This document shows positions 9,449 to 20,264 of a stretch of DNA of 64,000 bases, piece after piece. Where the stretch lies: contig JBBDRF010000021.1 of assembly GCA_040905565.1 (NCBI GenBank), forward strand, positions 32,001 through 96,000, given 5' to 3'. The DNA is from Phycisphaeraceae bacterium. Lineage in GTDB: Bacteria; Planctomycetota; Phycisphaerae; Phycisphaerales; Zrk34. The notes under the pieces were generated by a model. It did no database searches. It saw only the letters and a list, made by a program, of their open reading frames with translations, and had not been told where the DNA came from. The first letter of the stretch is position 1. Each line of letters starts with the position of its first letter. The position numbers were made by a program, and so were the translations under genes.

Positions 9449-9895
9449 TTATCCCGCAGCGAGGCGTGTGAGCCAACCCGCGATCAAAACAAAAGCGATC
9501 AGGAGCAGACCCGAACGCCATCGCCTGGCAAGCGGCTGAACGAACGGCTCCAGCCGGGCGCCGGTGAAAGCGATGATACCCGCGATCCAGGCCGTCATCG
9601 CCAGTGCGAGGGCAAGGAGGGCGCCGGCGGGCTGAACGATGGCCGCTTCCATGAGTCGACCATGGGTGGCGAGCGTGAAAGCCGTCGTCATCCCACAGGT
9701 CGGACAGGCATACCCTCGCTCAGCCTGAAAGCTGCACTGCCCGAGTCCGAGTTGCTGATGCGTGCCGCTGCCGTACGGGTTCGCCTCAAGTTGGACGCCG
9801 ACGAGGAGCCAGCTTAAGCAGATGGCCAGCACCCCCGCTGCGATGCCGCGTGCGGGCCAGGAGGCTGGGGGGATGACGCTGGAGGTGACATGCAT
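9449..9895 (-). CDS. DUF2752-like membrane protein
   Basis: GTHQQLGLGQC...CPTCGMTTAF motif plus hydrophobic helices. Start uncertain. Confidence 0.75.
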   Translation of the reverse strand: MHVTSSVIPPASWPARGIAAGVLAICLSWLLVGVQLEANPYGSGTHQQLGLGQCSFQAERGYACPTCGMTTAFTLATHGRLMEAAIVQPAGALLALALAMTAWIAGIIAFTGARLEPFVQPLARRWRSGLLLIAFVLIAGWLTRLAAG

Positions 9896-10050
9896 GCACG
9901 TCCACATTACGCGTGCAACACAGCGGCGGCAAGTCCATCGCGGCACCGGCCTAAGGGCGAGTCGGCTCCTCTGAACGGTGGCGAAGATTCGTGTTCGCCG
10001 ATCGCGAACCTGTTAACATAGCTGCGACACGCTTATGCAAAGGATCTGCC

Positions 10051-11025
10051 ATGAATCAGGCGACGACACGACGGGAATGGCTACAGGGAACCGCAGCTGT
10101 CATGGCGGGGGCCGCTGTCGGTAGGGGGGCCGCGCCGGCGATGGCTGCGACCACTGCCTCCGCGCCACAGTACGCCTTTTCCTATTGCCTGAACACCGCC
10201 ACGATCCAAGGGCAGGCGCTGTCGCTTCGTGAACAGGTCGAGGTGGCGATCGCTGCGGGCTACCAGGCACTCGAGCCTTGGGTGCGTGACGTGAAGGCCT
10301 ACGCCGACGGCGGCGGCTCGCTGGAAGACATCGCCAAGCTCGCAGCCGACGGCGGGCTGCAGATCGTCAGCGGCATCGGCTTCCCGCAGTGGATCAACGA
10401 CGATGCCGACGTTCGCGCCGAAGCGCTCCAGCAGGTGCGTGGCGAGATGCAGCTGCTCCATCGGATCGGCAGCAGGCACATTGCCGCTCCGCCCGTCGGC
10501 GCCACTAACGGACGCTTGCTTGAACTCGATGCCGTCGCCGAGCGCTATCACGCGCTGCTTAAGGTGGGACGCGAAATGGGTGTCGTGCCTCAGGTCGAGG
10601 TCTGGGGATTCTCGAAGAACCTGAGGCGGCTCAGCGAGGCCATCTACGTCGCCGCCGAGGCCGGTCACGCCGATGCCTGTGTTCTCGCCGATGCCTACCA
10701 TCTGTACAAGGGCGGGTCGGCCTTTGAGGGAGTGCGTCAGCTCAGCCGGCAGGCCACGCACTGCTTCCACATCAACGACTACCCCGACACGCCCCCCGCC
10801 GAGATCGGTGACGCCGACCGCATCTTCCCAGGCGACGGTGTCGGGCCCGTCGCGGACATGGTGCGCGCTCTCGCGCAGAACGGCTGCCGCTGTCACCTCT
10901 CACTCGAACTGTTCAACCGGACCTATTGGGCGCAGGATGCGCTGAAGGTCGCCAAGGCCGGGCTCGCCAAGACGCGGCAGGTGGTCGAGCAGGCGCTGCA
11001 GGATCTCCCAGCCTCCGAAGCCTGA
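10051..11025 (+). CDS. Tat-exported sugar phosphate isomerase/epimerase (xylose-isomerase-like TIM barrel)
   Basis: TRREWL twin-arginine signal. Metal-ligand motifs QVEVWG, DAYH, HIND, PGDG and LSLELF. Confidence 0.85.
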   Translation: MNQATTRREWLQGTAAVMAGAAVGRGAAPAMAATTASAPQYAFSYCLNTATIQGQALSLREQVEVAIAAGYQALEPWVRDVKAYADGGGSLEDIAKLAADGGLQIVSGIGFPQWINDDADVRAEALQQVRGEMQLLHRIGSRHIAAPPVGATNGRLLELDAVAERYHALLKVGREMGVVPQVEVWGFSKNLRRLSEAIYVAAEAGHADACVLADAYHLYKGGSAFEGVRQLSRQATHCFHINDYPDTPPAEIGDADRIFPGDGVGPVADMVRALAQNGCRCHLSLELFNRTYWAQDALKVAKAGLAKTRQVVEQALQDLPASEA

Positions 11026-11035
11026 TACCGGTCCC

Positions 11036-12073
11036 TCAGAAGCCGGTCCCGGTGGTCGTGGTGCGGAGGCGAATCAGGTGCTGGTTCGCGGTGATATAAA
11101 GGGTGCTGCCGTCTTCGCCGAACGCGCAGTTGGCGGTAGGGCGGCCGGTCAGAATGGTGCCGAGGTGGGTACCGTCGGGCGAGATGATCAGCACGCCGCC
11201 TGGCCCCGTTGCGAAGAGGTTGCCGTGCTGATCGACCTTTAAGCCATCGGGCGAGCCGGGACGATCATCCGTCGCCAGTTCGGTCGCATCGAAGAAAACG
11301 CGACCGTTGGCGATGCTTCCATCGTCCTGCACGTCGTAGGCCATCCAGATCGCGCGGTTGCGGTCGGAATTGGCCACGTAAAGCGTCTTCTGATCGGGCG
11401 AGAAGGCGATGCCGTTGGGCCGATCAATTTCCTTCGTCAGCAGCGTCACGGTGCCGTCGGGATCGATGCGGTACACGCCGTGGAAATCCAGTTCGCGGGA
11501 GGGATCGTTGATGCCGCGCGCCAGGCCGTAGGGCGGGTCTGTGAAGTAGATCGCACCGTTTGAGTGAATGGCGAGGTCGTTGGGGCTGTTGAAGCGTTTG
11601 CCGTCGTAGCGATCGGCGAGGGTGACCTTTTCGCCGTTGGGCTCATCTAGCGAGACCAGGCGACTCACGCGACGGTCGCCATGCTCGCAGAGAACCAGGT
11701 GCCCCTCGGCGTCGATCGCCAGACCGTTGGACCCTGGCTCGCGGCCGCCGTCGGCTTCGCCGGTGAAGCCAGACGGCTGCATGAACACCGACAGGCCCGC
11801 ACCTTCCTTCCAGCGGTAGATGGTGTTGCGCGGTATATCGCTCAGCAGCACGTACCCGCCGTCGCTGACCCACACCGGCCCCTCCGACCACCGGAACCCC
11901 TCGGCCAGGATCTCGATCTCGGCATCATCCGCGAGCAGGGCATCAAGGCGATCATCCAGCCGCTCGATCGCCCCAAACGTTCCCGTCGCTTCGGACTGCG
12001 CCTGAACGTCCTGACTGAGCAGGCACAGGAATCCCATCGCCACCGCCGCGAGCATCGTTTCAACGTTGCGCAT
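11036..12073 (-). CDS. SMP-30/gluconolactonase/LRE family protein
   Basis: WSEGPVW, GSNGL, FNSPND, RPNGIAFSPD and PDGLKVD motifs with a signal peptide. Confidence 0.9.
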   Translation of the reverse strand: MRNVETMLAAVAMGFLCLLSQDVQAQSEATGTFGAIERLDDRLDALLADDAEIEILAEGFRWSEGPVWVSDGGYVLLSDIPRNTIYRWKEGAGLSVFMQPSGFTGEADGGREPGSNGLAIDAEGHLVLCEHGDRRVSRLVSLDEPNGEKVTLADRYDGKRFNSPNDLAIHSNGAIYFTDPPYGLARGINDPSRELDFHGVYRIDPDGTVTLLTKEIDRPNGIAFSPDQKTLYVANSDRNRAIWMAYDVQDDGSIANGRVFFDATELATDDRPGSPDGLKVDQHGNLFATGPGGVLIISPDGTHLGTILTGRPTANCAFGEDGSTLYITANQHLIRLRTTTTGTGF

Positions 12074-12300
12074 GATGAACCTTTCATCGAAAAAGTGCTG
12101 TAAGCGATGATCCCACAAATCCCAAGAATGGACAACGCCGACTGTGCCGAAAAGGACGACGTAACGATGTGGGGGAATCGCCGTAAAGCAAGTTCATCCC
12201 GGAAGCACTACAATCGGCATATTCGTGCCCCTTTCACGTCGGCTGCGATCCGACACCGGGGCTGAGCCAAAGAGAACCGCATTCCGCGAAAGGCCAACCC

Positions 12301-12729
12301 ATGGCATCTGCCAAGCAAGGCGACACCGTCAAGGTCCACTACACCGGCAAACTGACCGACGGGACGGTGTTCGATTCATCGCTCCAGCGCGAGCCGATCA
12401 CCTTCACACTCGGCGAAGGCCAGATCATCCCCGGCTTCGAGAAGGCCGTCGAAGGCATGGAGCCCGGCGAAAAGACCAGCATCACCATCCCCGCCGACGA
12501 AGCCTACGGCCAGCGTGACGAGGAAGCTGTCGCCAAGATCGAACGCAGCCAGCTTCCTGAGGATCTCAAGCCCGAGGTCGGTCAGCAACTTCAGGTGCAG
12601 AAGCCCGATGGTCAGCCCGTGGCCGTGCGCGTCGCTGAGGTTGATGATGACAGCATCACGATCGACACGAACCACCCGCTCGCAGGCAAAGATCTCGCCT
12701 TTGAGTTGGAACTGGTCGAGGTGGCTTGA
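12301..12729 (+). CDS. FKBP-type peptidyl-prolyl cis-trans isomerase (SlyD/SlpA-like)
   Basis: VKVHYTGKLTDGTVFDSS, IIPGFE, EAYG and DTNHPLAGKDL motifs. No His-rich tail. Confidence 0.92.
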   Translation: MASAKQGDTVKVHYTGKLTDGTVFDSSLQREPITFTLGEGQIIPGFEKAVEGMEPGEKTSITIPADEAYGQRDEEAVAKIERSQLPEDLKPEVGQQLQVQKPDGQPVAVRVAEVDDDSITIDTNHPLAGKDLAFELELVEVA

Positions 12730-12837
12730 GCACCTTTTTTTGTCGCTTGATCTAACGCCGTAATTGAAGAGCTGCTAAAGACAAACTATCATTCAGTTGA
12801 TAACTTGTTGGATACTGTCGACCGTCAGGAAACAGTT

Positions 12838-15800
12838 ATGGCTTCTCGTACGTTTGCTGCGATTCTGGTGTCCACGGCTCTGTTCATCGCCACACCGGCG
12901 ATTGCCAACGACGGCGAGATTGACTTCAATCGCGACATCCGGCCCATCCTTTCCAGCAGTTGCTTCACCTGCCACGGTCCTGATGAGGACGAACGCAAGG
13001 CTGAGCTTCGGCTGGATACGCGTGTTGGGGCGATTGCCGACCTCGGCGACGGCGCAGGTGCCGTCGTCCCGGGCGACCCTGATGCCAGCGAACTCATGGG
13101 TCGCGTTACCGCTGAGTCTGATCGCCACATCATGCCTCCGCCTGAGGCAGGCGATCGGCTCACCGAGGAGCAGATCGCCACGCTGCGTCAGTGGATCGCT
13201 GAGGGGGCGGTTTACGCGGAGCACTGGGCCTACGTGCAGCCCCAGCGGCCAGCCGTGCCCGAAGTCAGCGATGGCGACTGGCCTCAAACGGCGGTCGATC
13301 ATTTCATTCTGCGTCGGCTCGAGGCGGAGCATCTTCAGCCGAGCCCCCAGGCCGATCGTTACGCGTTGATTCGTCGCGTGGCGCTGGATCTCACCGGGCT
13401 GCCGCCGACGGTCGCCGAGGTCGATGCTTTCGTCGCCGACGAGGGGGCCGGTGCGTATGAGCGGATGGTCGACCGGATGCTCGCCAAGCCCGCCTTCGGT
13501 GAACACTGGGCCCGCTTCTGGCTGGACATGGCCCGTTACGCCGACTCGGCCGGCTATGCCGACGACATCCCGCGCACAATCTGGGGTTATCGCGATTGGG
13601 TGATTCGTGCCCTGAACGACAACATGCCGTTCGATCAGTTCACCATCGAGCAGCTGGCGGGCGACCTGCTTGAGGATCCGACCGATCAGCAGTTGGTCGC
13701 CACCGCCTTCCATCGCAACACGCAAACCAACAACGAAGGCGGCTCGGATGCGGAAGAATATCGCAGCGTGGCTGTGGTCGATCGCCTGAACACCACCTTT
13801 GAAGTGTGGATGGGCACCACGATGGCCTGCGCCCAGTGCCACACGCACAAATACGATCCGATCACGCTGGAAGAGTATTTCCAGGCCTACGCGTTTTTCA
13901 ATCAGTCAGCGGACAACAACCGCCGCGACGAAGCACCGGTTCATACCTTCTATCTGCAGCAGGAGAAGGAGCGTGAAGCGTGGAAGGCTGAGATTGCAGC
14001 GCTCGAGCGAACGCTGCGGACGCCGAACGAAGAGCTGCTCGCAGGTTTCGAGCGGTGGCATCAAAGGCAGACGCAGCCGGCGGCGTGGCGGAATGTGACG
14101 CCCGCCGTTGTGACACCCGCCGATGGTGCCGGGGTTGCGATTCAAGAGGATGGCACCGTTGTGGTGGAACGCGGCGCGGAGCAGCGCACGGACACGGTGG
14201 AGATTCCGCTGGAAGGCATCGATCGGTTCGCGGGTTTGCGGCTACGCGGGGAACAGGGTCATACCGATCATCGCAATTTCGTGGTGACGGCTGTGCGAGG
14301 GGAGATAATTCCGCCCGCCGCGACGGTAAGTGAACCGCAGCCAGTCGAGTTCGCGGCCGCTTTTGCCGACTATTCGCAGCCGCGTTTCCAGGCCGGTTCG
14401 CTGCTGGAGGCCGACGGCTCCGGGTGGGCGGTCGGCGGCGGGACCGACGTTCCGCGCCATCTCACGTTGACCGTGGCCGAGGCGATGCCGATAGCTCCCG
14501 GGTCCACGCTCAGGCTCATCATCGAGCAGCAGTCGCCTTATGCGTTTCATACGCTCAAGCGTTTCGGCCTTGAAGTGACCGATGCGGTGGAAGTCATCAA
14601 CCTCGCCGCGGTCCCGCAGCCGATCGTCGATCTGCTCACCGCCGACGCCGACACGCTCGCCGCTGATCAGCGTGAGCTGCTGCTGCACTACTATCTTGCC
14701 GAGGTCGCCGAGCCGCTCGCACCTGAGCGCGAGCGCCTTGCCACGCTCCAAAAAGCGATGGACGAGATGCCCAAAGCAAGCGTCCCCGTCATGCGGGAGT
14801 TGCCCGAGGCTAAGCAGCGGACCACGCGCATCCAGTACCGCGGCAACTTCCTGGACCTCGGCCCCGAAGTTTCCGCCGACGTCCCCGATGCCTTCCCCGC
14901 ACTGCCCGAAGGCGAGCCTCGCAATCGCCTCACACTTGCCCGCTGGCTCGTCAGCGACGAGAACCCGCTGACGGCCCGCGTCACGGTCAACCGTTTCTGG
15001 GAGCAGATCTTCGGCACCGGGATCGTCGGCACCAGCGAAGAGTTCGGCTCCCAGGGTGATCTGCCAACGCACCCCGACCTGCTCGACTGGCTCGCGGTCG
15101 ACTTCATGGAAAACGGCTGGGATATCAAACACCTGCTGCGCACCATCGTCACCAGTGCGGCCTACCGCCAGTCCTCGCGTGTGGATTCGCAGCTGCTCGA
15201 CGCCGACCCGGACAACCGCCTGCTCGCCCGAGGCCCCCGCATCCGCCTTAACGCCGAGGCCATCCGCGACAGCGCCCTCGCGTCCGCCGGTCTGCTGAGC
15301 GACAAGATGTACGGCCCCTCCGTCCGCCCCCCCCAGCCGAACGTCGGGCTCAGTGCCGCGTTCGGCGGCGGGATCGACTGGCAAACCAGCGAAGGCGAAG
15401 ACCGCTACCGCCGCGGGCTCTACACCACCTGGCGACGGTCGAACCCCTACCCCTCCATGGCCACCTTCAACGCGCCCAGCCGTGAGATCTGCATCGTCAA
15501 TCGCGATCGCACGAACACGCCGCTGCAGGCGCTGGTGACCCTGAACGATCCCGTCTTCGTCGAAGCGGCCCAAGGCCTCGCCCGCCGGATGATCGATGGA
15601 GCGGACGACGCCGCCGCCCGCGCCACGCTCGGCTTCCGCATCGTCCTGGCGCGGCATCCCGAGCCCGCTGAGGTTGAAGCCCTGGTCGCCCTTCACGCCG
15701 ACGCCTACGACGAATACGCCGATCAGCCGGAACAGGCCAACGCCATGGCGACCGATCCGCTGGGGCCCCTCCCCGATGGTGCCGACACAGCGGAATACGC

Positions 15801-15861
15801 AGCCTGGACCGTCGTTGCGAACGTCCTGCTGAACCTCGACGAGGCCCTGATGAAGCGCTGA
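12838..15861 (+). CDS. Planctomycete cytochrome c protein (PSCyt1 + DUF1549/PSCyt2 + DUF1553/PSD1)
   Basis: [42 protein letters not shown] and LLNLDE motifs. Confidence 0.92.
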   Translation: MASRTFAAILVSTALFIATPAIANDGEIDFNRDIRPILSSSCFTCHGPDEDERKAELRLDTRVGAIADLGDGAGAVVPGDPDASELMGRVTAESDRHIMPPPEAGDRLTEEQIATLRQWIAEGAVYAEHWAYVQPQRPAVPEVSDGDWPQTAVDHFILRRLEAEHLQPSPQADRYALIRRVALDLTGLPPTVAEVDAFVADEGAGAYERMVDRMLAKPAFGEHWARFWLDMARYADSAGYADDIPRTIWGYRDWVIRALNDNMPFDQFTIEQLAGDLLEDPTDQQLVATAFHRNTQTNNEGGSDAEEYRSVAVVDRLNTTFEVWMGTTMACAQCHTHKYDPITLEEYFQAYAFFNQSADNNRRDEAPVHTFYLQQEKEREAWKAEIAALERTLRTPNEELLAGFERWHQRQTQPAAWRNVTPAVVTPADGAGVAIQEDGTVVVERGAEQRTDTVEIPLEGIDRFAGLRLRGEQGHTDHRNFVVTAVRGEIIPPAATVSEPQPVEFAAAFADYSQPRFQAGSLLEADGSGWAVGGGTDVPRHLTLTVAEAMPIAPGSTLRLIIEQQSPYAFHTLKRFGLEVTDAVEVINLAAVPQPIVDLLTADADTLAADQRELLLHYYLAEVAEPLAPERERLATLQKAMDEMPKASVPVMRELPEAKQRTTRIQYRGNFLDLGPEVSADVPDAFPALPEGEPRNRLTLARWLVSDENPLTARVTVNRFWEQIFGTGIVGTSEEFGSQGDLPTHPDLLDWLAVDFMENGWDIKHLLRTIVTSAAYRQSSRVDSQLLDADPDNRLLARGPRIRLNAEAIRDSALASAGLLSDKMYGPSVRPPQPNVGLSAAFGGGIDWQTSEGEDRYRRGLYTTWRRSNPYPSMATFNAPSREICIVNRDRTNTPLQALVTLNDPVFVEAAQGLARRMIDGADDAAARATLGFRIVLARHPEPAEVEALVALHADAYDEYADQPEQANAMATDPLGPLPDGADTAEYAAWTVVANVLLNLDEALMKR

Positions 15862-15883
15862 TAGCCGCGATACGGAGCGACCC

Positions 15884-17338
15884 ATGCATCCCCGACTCGA
15901 GCAGATCCAACTCGCCACCCGGCGTCATTTCCTTTCCGACGTCGGCAAAGTCAGCCTCGGCTCCATCGCGCTGAACAACATGCTCGGGACCTCAGCTAAC
16001 GCTGCGCCAGAGGCGCGCACCAACCCCCTTGCTGCGAAACAGCCGCACCACACGCCCCGGGCAAAGCGTGTCATCTACATCCATCTGACCGGCTCGCCGC
16101 CGAACCTGGACATGTTCGATTACAAGCCGAAGCTGAACGAACTTGATGGCCAGCCGTGCCCCGATTCGTACATTGAGGGCAAGCGTTTCGCCTTCACCAC
16201 CGGAACGCCGAACATCCTCGGTTCCCCGCGTCAGTTCGCCCGCTACGGCCACAGCGGCATGTGGATGTCCGACGCCGTCCCGCACCTGCACAGCGTCGCC
16301 GACGAGATGTGCATGATCCGCTCCATGAACACCGACCAGTTCAATCATGCCCCCGCCGAACTGCTCATGCTCGCGGGGCATCCCAGGCCCGGTCGGCCTT
16401 CGCTGGGTTCGTGGGTCAGCTACGGCCTCGGCACGGAAAACGCGAACCTGCCCGGATTCGTCGTCCTCATCTCCAGCGGTGTTCAGCCGAACGCCGGGCA
16501 AAACTCCTACGGCTCCGGGTTCCTCCCCTCGGTCTACCAGGGCGTCCAGTGCCGATCCAGCGGCGACCCCGTCCTCTACGTCTCCAACCCGCCGGGCATG
16601 GATCGTCCCATGCGCCGCCGCAGCCTCGACACCCTCAACGAACTCAACCAGCGCCAGGCGAACGAACTGGCGCACCCCGAAACCCTCACGCGCATCGCCC
16701 AGTACGAACTGGCCTTCCGCATGCAGACCTCCGTCCCAGAAGTGATGGATATCTCACGCGAACCCGAAAGCGTCCTCGACTGGTACGGCGCGAAGCCCGG
16801 CGGCGGGAACTTCGCCAGCAACTGCCTGCTCGCCAGACGCCTTGTCGAACAGGGCGTCCGCTTCGTTCAGCTCTTCGACTGGGGCTGGGATTTCCACGGC
16901 ACCAACCCCGGCGAAGACATCCGCGATGGCCTCACGAATAAAGCCGCCACCATGGATCGTCCCGTGGCCGCACTCATCAAAGATCTCAAGCAACGCGGCC
17001 TGCTGGAGGACACCCTCATCGTCTGGGGCGGTGAGTTCGGCCGCACGCCCTTCCGCGAAGGCCGCACCTCGTCCGGCGACATCCTCGGCCGCGACCATTA
17101 CCCCGACGCATTCAGCATGTGGATGGCCGGCGCAGGCGTGAAAGGCGGTATGACCTACGGTGAATCCGACGACCTCGGCTTCTCCGTCATCCGCGACAAA
17201 GTTCACATCCACGACCTTCAGGCCACGCTCCTGCATCTCGTGGGCTTCGATCACGAACGGCTCACCCACCGCTTCCAGGGTCGTGATTTCCGACTCACCG
17301 ACGTCCACGGCCACGTCGTCAAAGACATCCTCAGCTGA
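15884..17338 (+). CDS. DUF1501 domain protein (Tat signal)
   Basis: [37 protein letters not shown] and GRDH motifs. Confidence 0.92.
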   Translation: MHPRLEQIQLATRRHFLSDVGKVSLGSIALNNMLGTSANAAPEARTNPLAAKQPHHTPRAKRVIYIHLTGSPPNLDMFDYKPKLNELDGQPCPDSYIEGKRFAFTTGTPNILGSPRQFARYGHSGMWMSDAVPHLHSVADEMCMIRSMNTDQFNHAPAELLMLAGHPRPGRPSLGSWVSYGLGTENANLPGFVVLISSGVQPNAGQNSYGSGFLPSVYQGVQCRSSGDPVLYVSNPPGMDRPMRRRSLDTLNELNQRQANELAHPETLTRIAQYELAFRMQTSVPEVMDISREPESVLDWYGAKPGGGNFASNCLLARRLVEQGVRFVQLFDWGWDFHGTNPGEDIRDGLTNKAATMDRPVAALIKDLKQRGLLEDTLIVWGGEFGRTPFREGRTSSGDILGRDHYPDAFSMWMAGAGVKGGMTYGESDDLGFSVIRDKVHIHDLQATLLHLVGFDHERLTHRFQGRDFRLTDVHGHVVKDILS

Positions 17339-17399
17339 TGCTTCGCCCGCCGAACCGGCGGTCGCCGCCACATCGCGGCATCCTTGTTAATATGCATCA

Positions 17400-18377
17400 A
17401 TGTTGAATCTTCTCCTGTTGCTACTCGGCCTCGCGCTGCTCGTCGCCGGCGGTGAATTCCTCGTACGCGGGGCGTCCACGCTTGCCGCCCGGCTGGGCGT
17501 TGCACCGGTGATCGTCGGCATGACCGTGGTCGCCTTCGGCACCAGTACGCCCGAACTTGTGGTCAACCTCGCGGCGGCGCTCCGGGGCGACAGCGCCATC
17601 GGCTTCGGCAACGTGGTGGGCTCGAACATCGCCAACGTCGGCCTGCTTCTGGGGATCGTGGCGCTGACCTACCCGCTGGTCATTCACCGCTCGATCGTCA
17701 CCCGTGAAATCCCCATGATGCTGCTCGCCAGCGTCGCTGCGATCATCCTTGCATTCGACGGCCTGACGGACGGCGGGGCCGACACCTTCGCCCGAAGCGA
17801 CGGCCTCATCCTGCTGCTGTTCTTCTGCGTCTTCCTCTACTACACGCTCAGCGAGGCATTGCGGCAGCGCGAAACCGACATCTTCGTCACCGAACTGGTC
17901 GCCACGACCGAGCGGCCGAACCAGCCGCCCGTGCCCCGTTGGCGCATTGCGAGTCTGGTCGTCGGCGGGCTGCTCTTGCTGATTGCCGGCGGCGAACTGA
18001 CCTTCCGCGGAGCCGTGGGGTTCGCCCAGGCTTTGGGCATCTCCGAGGTGATCATCGGTCTGACGATCGTCGCCGTCGGCACAAGTCTGCCGGAGTTGGC
18101 GACTTCCTTCGTCGCCGCCCGACGTGGCCAGACGGATATGGCCGTCGGCAACATCGTCGGCTCGAACATTTTCAATCTGCTGTTTATATGGGGGCTGACC
18201 GTCATGATCACGCCGACCGCGATGCCTGCGGGCGGACGCGTCGACCTGCTCGTGATGACGGCTTTCGCGGTCGTGCTGCTTCCGATGGCACTGACGCAGC
18301 AGCGGCTTTCACGGCTCGAGGGAGGCGTCCTTGCGCTAGGCTACTGTGCTTACATCGGATGGCTGGCGATGCGGTAG
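17400..18377 (+). CDS. Calcium/sodium antiporter (YrbG-like)
   Basis: Two alpha repeats: GTSTPE...GNVVGSNIAN and GTSLPE...GNIVGSNIFN. Confidence 0.92.
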   Translation: MLNLLLLLLGLALLVAGGEFLVRGASTLAARLGVAPVIVGMTVVAFGTSTPELVVNLAAALRGDSAIGFGNVVGSNIANVGLLLGIVALTYPLVIHRSIVTREIPMMLLASVAAIILAFDGLTDGGADTFARSDGLILLLFFCVFLYYTLSEALRQRETDIFVTELVATTERPNQPPVPRWRIASLVVGGLLLLIAGGELTFRGAVGFAQALGISEVIIGLTIVAVGTSLPELATSFVAARRGQTDMAVGNIVGSNIFNLLFIWGLTVMITPTAMPAGGRVDLLVMTAFAVVLLPMALTQQRLSRLEGGVLALGYCAYIGWLAMR

Positions 18378-18389
18378 CTTCACGCTGCC

Positions 18390-19109
18390 TCACAGCACGC
18401 TCGGCTTCTGATCGCGCCAGCGGCTGAACAATTCGACGGCGAGCCAGGCGAACGCTGCCCATGCGATCCCCGCCGCCCAGCCCGCGAGCACATCCGTCGG
18501 ATAATGCACGCCGAGGTAAACGCGTGTCATGCCGACTGCCCCGGTCAGCAGCACCGCCACGGTCATGATGTACAACTTGAGACGCCGCCTGCGGACCATC
18601 CGCGCCAGCATCGCCGCGAGCGTCAGGTAGATAATCGCCGAGTTCATCGCGTGCCCGCTGGGGAAGGCCGGCGTGCTTACCGTCGTCAGGTGCAACGCTT
18701 CCATCGGCCTCGGCCTCGCCACCAGAAGCTTCAGCCCGTGCGTGATCAACAAGCCGCTCAGCGTGACGGTGAGGATCATGATCAGTTGCTGATACGCACG
18801 CGCCAGCAGAAGAAAACCGCTCACCGCCAGAATTGCCAGCGTTAGCACCGAATAGCCGCCCAGCGCTGTCACATCCAGCGCCGCCTGCTCCAACCAGTCC
18901 GGCCCCACCGGCGTGTGCGGCGGCTCATCAGCCCGCAACGCCAGAACGATGGATTCGTCCAGCGAGCGGTACTCACCCTCGAGCACCTCATCGGTCACCT
19001 CAATGAACACCCACGTCCCCACCACCAACGCGAACAGCGCCAGCAGCAGCCCGAATTCCCGGCCGAGCCATCCTCTCGCTTGCTGCTTCATCCTTCGCCA
19101 ATTCGCCAT
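18390..19109 (-). CDS. PAP2-family phosphatase
   Basis: KLLVARPRP, FPSGH and TRVYLGVHYPTDV motifs with several TM helices. Start uncertain. Confidence 0.9.
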   Translation of the reverse strand: MANWRRMKQQARGWLGREFGLLLALFALVVGTWVFIEVTDEVLEGEYRSLDESIVLALRADEPPHTPVGPDWLEQAALDVTALGGYSVLTLAILAVSGFLLLARAYQQLIMILTVTLSGLLITHGLKLLVARPRPMEALHLTTVSTPAFPSGHAMNSAIIYLTLAAMLARMVRRRRLKLYIMTVAVLLTGAVGMTRVYLGVHYPTDVLAGWAAGIAWAAFAWLAVELFSRWRDQKPSVL

Positions 19110-19193
19110 CTGCACAAACCCCCAAGGATGCGCGGCGGTAACCCTGCTCCCGAAATGATAGCCAACCCCGTCTCGCCTGCTGCCCCCCCGAAC

Positions 19194-20108
19194 TTAGTGT
19201 GGCGGGATCATCGACGTCGGATGATCCGGCTCATCGGGATGGCCGATGTCGAATTCAAGCGTGGCATGGCCGATCCGGAAACGCTCGCGAAGGACCTGTT
19301 TGATGTCGCGCTTCACCTGCTCCAGCCGCGAAACGTCCGCCTCGGCCAGCACCACATGGGCTTCCAGCGCCCGGTGATGCTCGTCGATTTCCCAAACGTG
19401 AACGTGGTGCGCACTGTGGACCCGTTCCACGCCTTCCATCGCCGCCACGAGATCGTCAAGATTCACGTCCAGCGGCACGCTGTCCATCAGCGGCCGAATC
19501 GTCTGCCGCATCATCAGCGCCCCGTGCCACAGGATGTACCCGGAGATCGCCAGCGTTGCGACAAGATCAACCCAGTACCACTGGTAGAGGATGATCAGCA
19601 CGCCCGCCACGATCACGCCCACCGAGGCCAAAGCGTCGGCAACATTGTGCACGAACGCAGCCTTCACGTTTAGACTGCCTCGGCTCATGGCATACACGAG
19701 CGCAGCCGTGATGATGTCGACCACCAGTGCGATCCCCGCCACGCCTACCACCAGCCAGCCCGCGATTTCTTGCGGCTCAAAGAAACGCCAGACGGCTTCA
19801 TAGATCAGGTACAACCCGACGATGATCAGCGTCGTGAGGTTAATTAGCGCCCCCACAAGTTCCGCCCGCCGATACCCGAACGTGCGGCGTCGGTCGGCCG
19901 GCTTGCGCGCGATGCGCCGGGCGAGCAGGGCGATGCCGAGTGACGCTGCGTCGTTCAAGTTGTGCAGGGCGTCCGCCACGAGCGCCAGTGAACCGGATAA
20001 CACGCCGCCGATGATCTGTGCGACGGTCAGCAGCACGTTCACAGCCACCGCCGCGATGAGGCGACCGTCGCTCAATTGCTCAGTTTCGTGCGCATGCTCA
20101 TGCGCCAT
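19194..20108 (-). CDS. Cation diffusion facilitator (CzcD/ZitB-like metal exporter)
   Basis: SLALVADALHNLND, TFGYRRAE, AAFVHNVAD and HHVHVWE motifs. Confidence 0.92.
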   Translation of the reverse strand: MAHEHAHETEQLSDGRLIAAVAVNVLLTVAQIIGGVLSGSLALVADALHNLNDAASLGIALLARRIARKPADRRRTFGYRRAELVGALINLTTLIIVGLYLIYEAVWRFFEPQEIAGWLVVGVAGIALVVDIITAALVYAMSRGSLNVKAAFVHNVADALASVGVIVAGVLIILYQWYWVDLVATLAISGYILWHGALMMRQTIRPLMDSVPLDVNLDDLVAAMEGVERVHSAHHVHVWEIDEHHRALEAHVVLAEADVSRLEQVKRDIKQVLRERFRIGHATLEFDIGHPDEPDHPTSMIPPH

Positions 20109-20264
20109 CGCAGCCCCTTAACGATGAAGCTCAGGTGGGCACCACGCCAGAAGAACGTGACCGCCATGCAGTATACAGGCCGCCCCCCCCTGGCCAACAC
20201 ATTCGACGGTGATGGATTCACCGCCGCTGATCATCGATGTGAACGCGATGACGACCGTTGATCG

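Noticed and set aside
14242..15918. Long antisense ORFs (also 12793-13848, 32343-34256, 34985-36532, 45324-46805, 1200-2204)
   Set aside because: Shadow frames opposite well-supported genes, expected with high GC, and without recognisable motifs
17400..20108. Ca/Na antiporter, PAP2 and CDF genes as a metal-resistance island
   Set aside because: No mobility genes, regulator or boundary repeats were seen, and these are common genes
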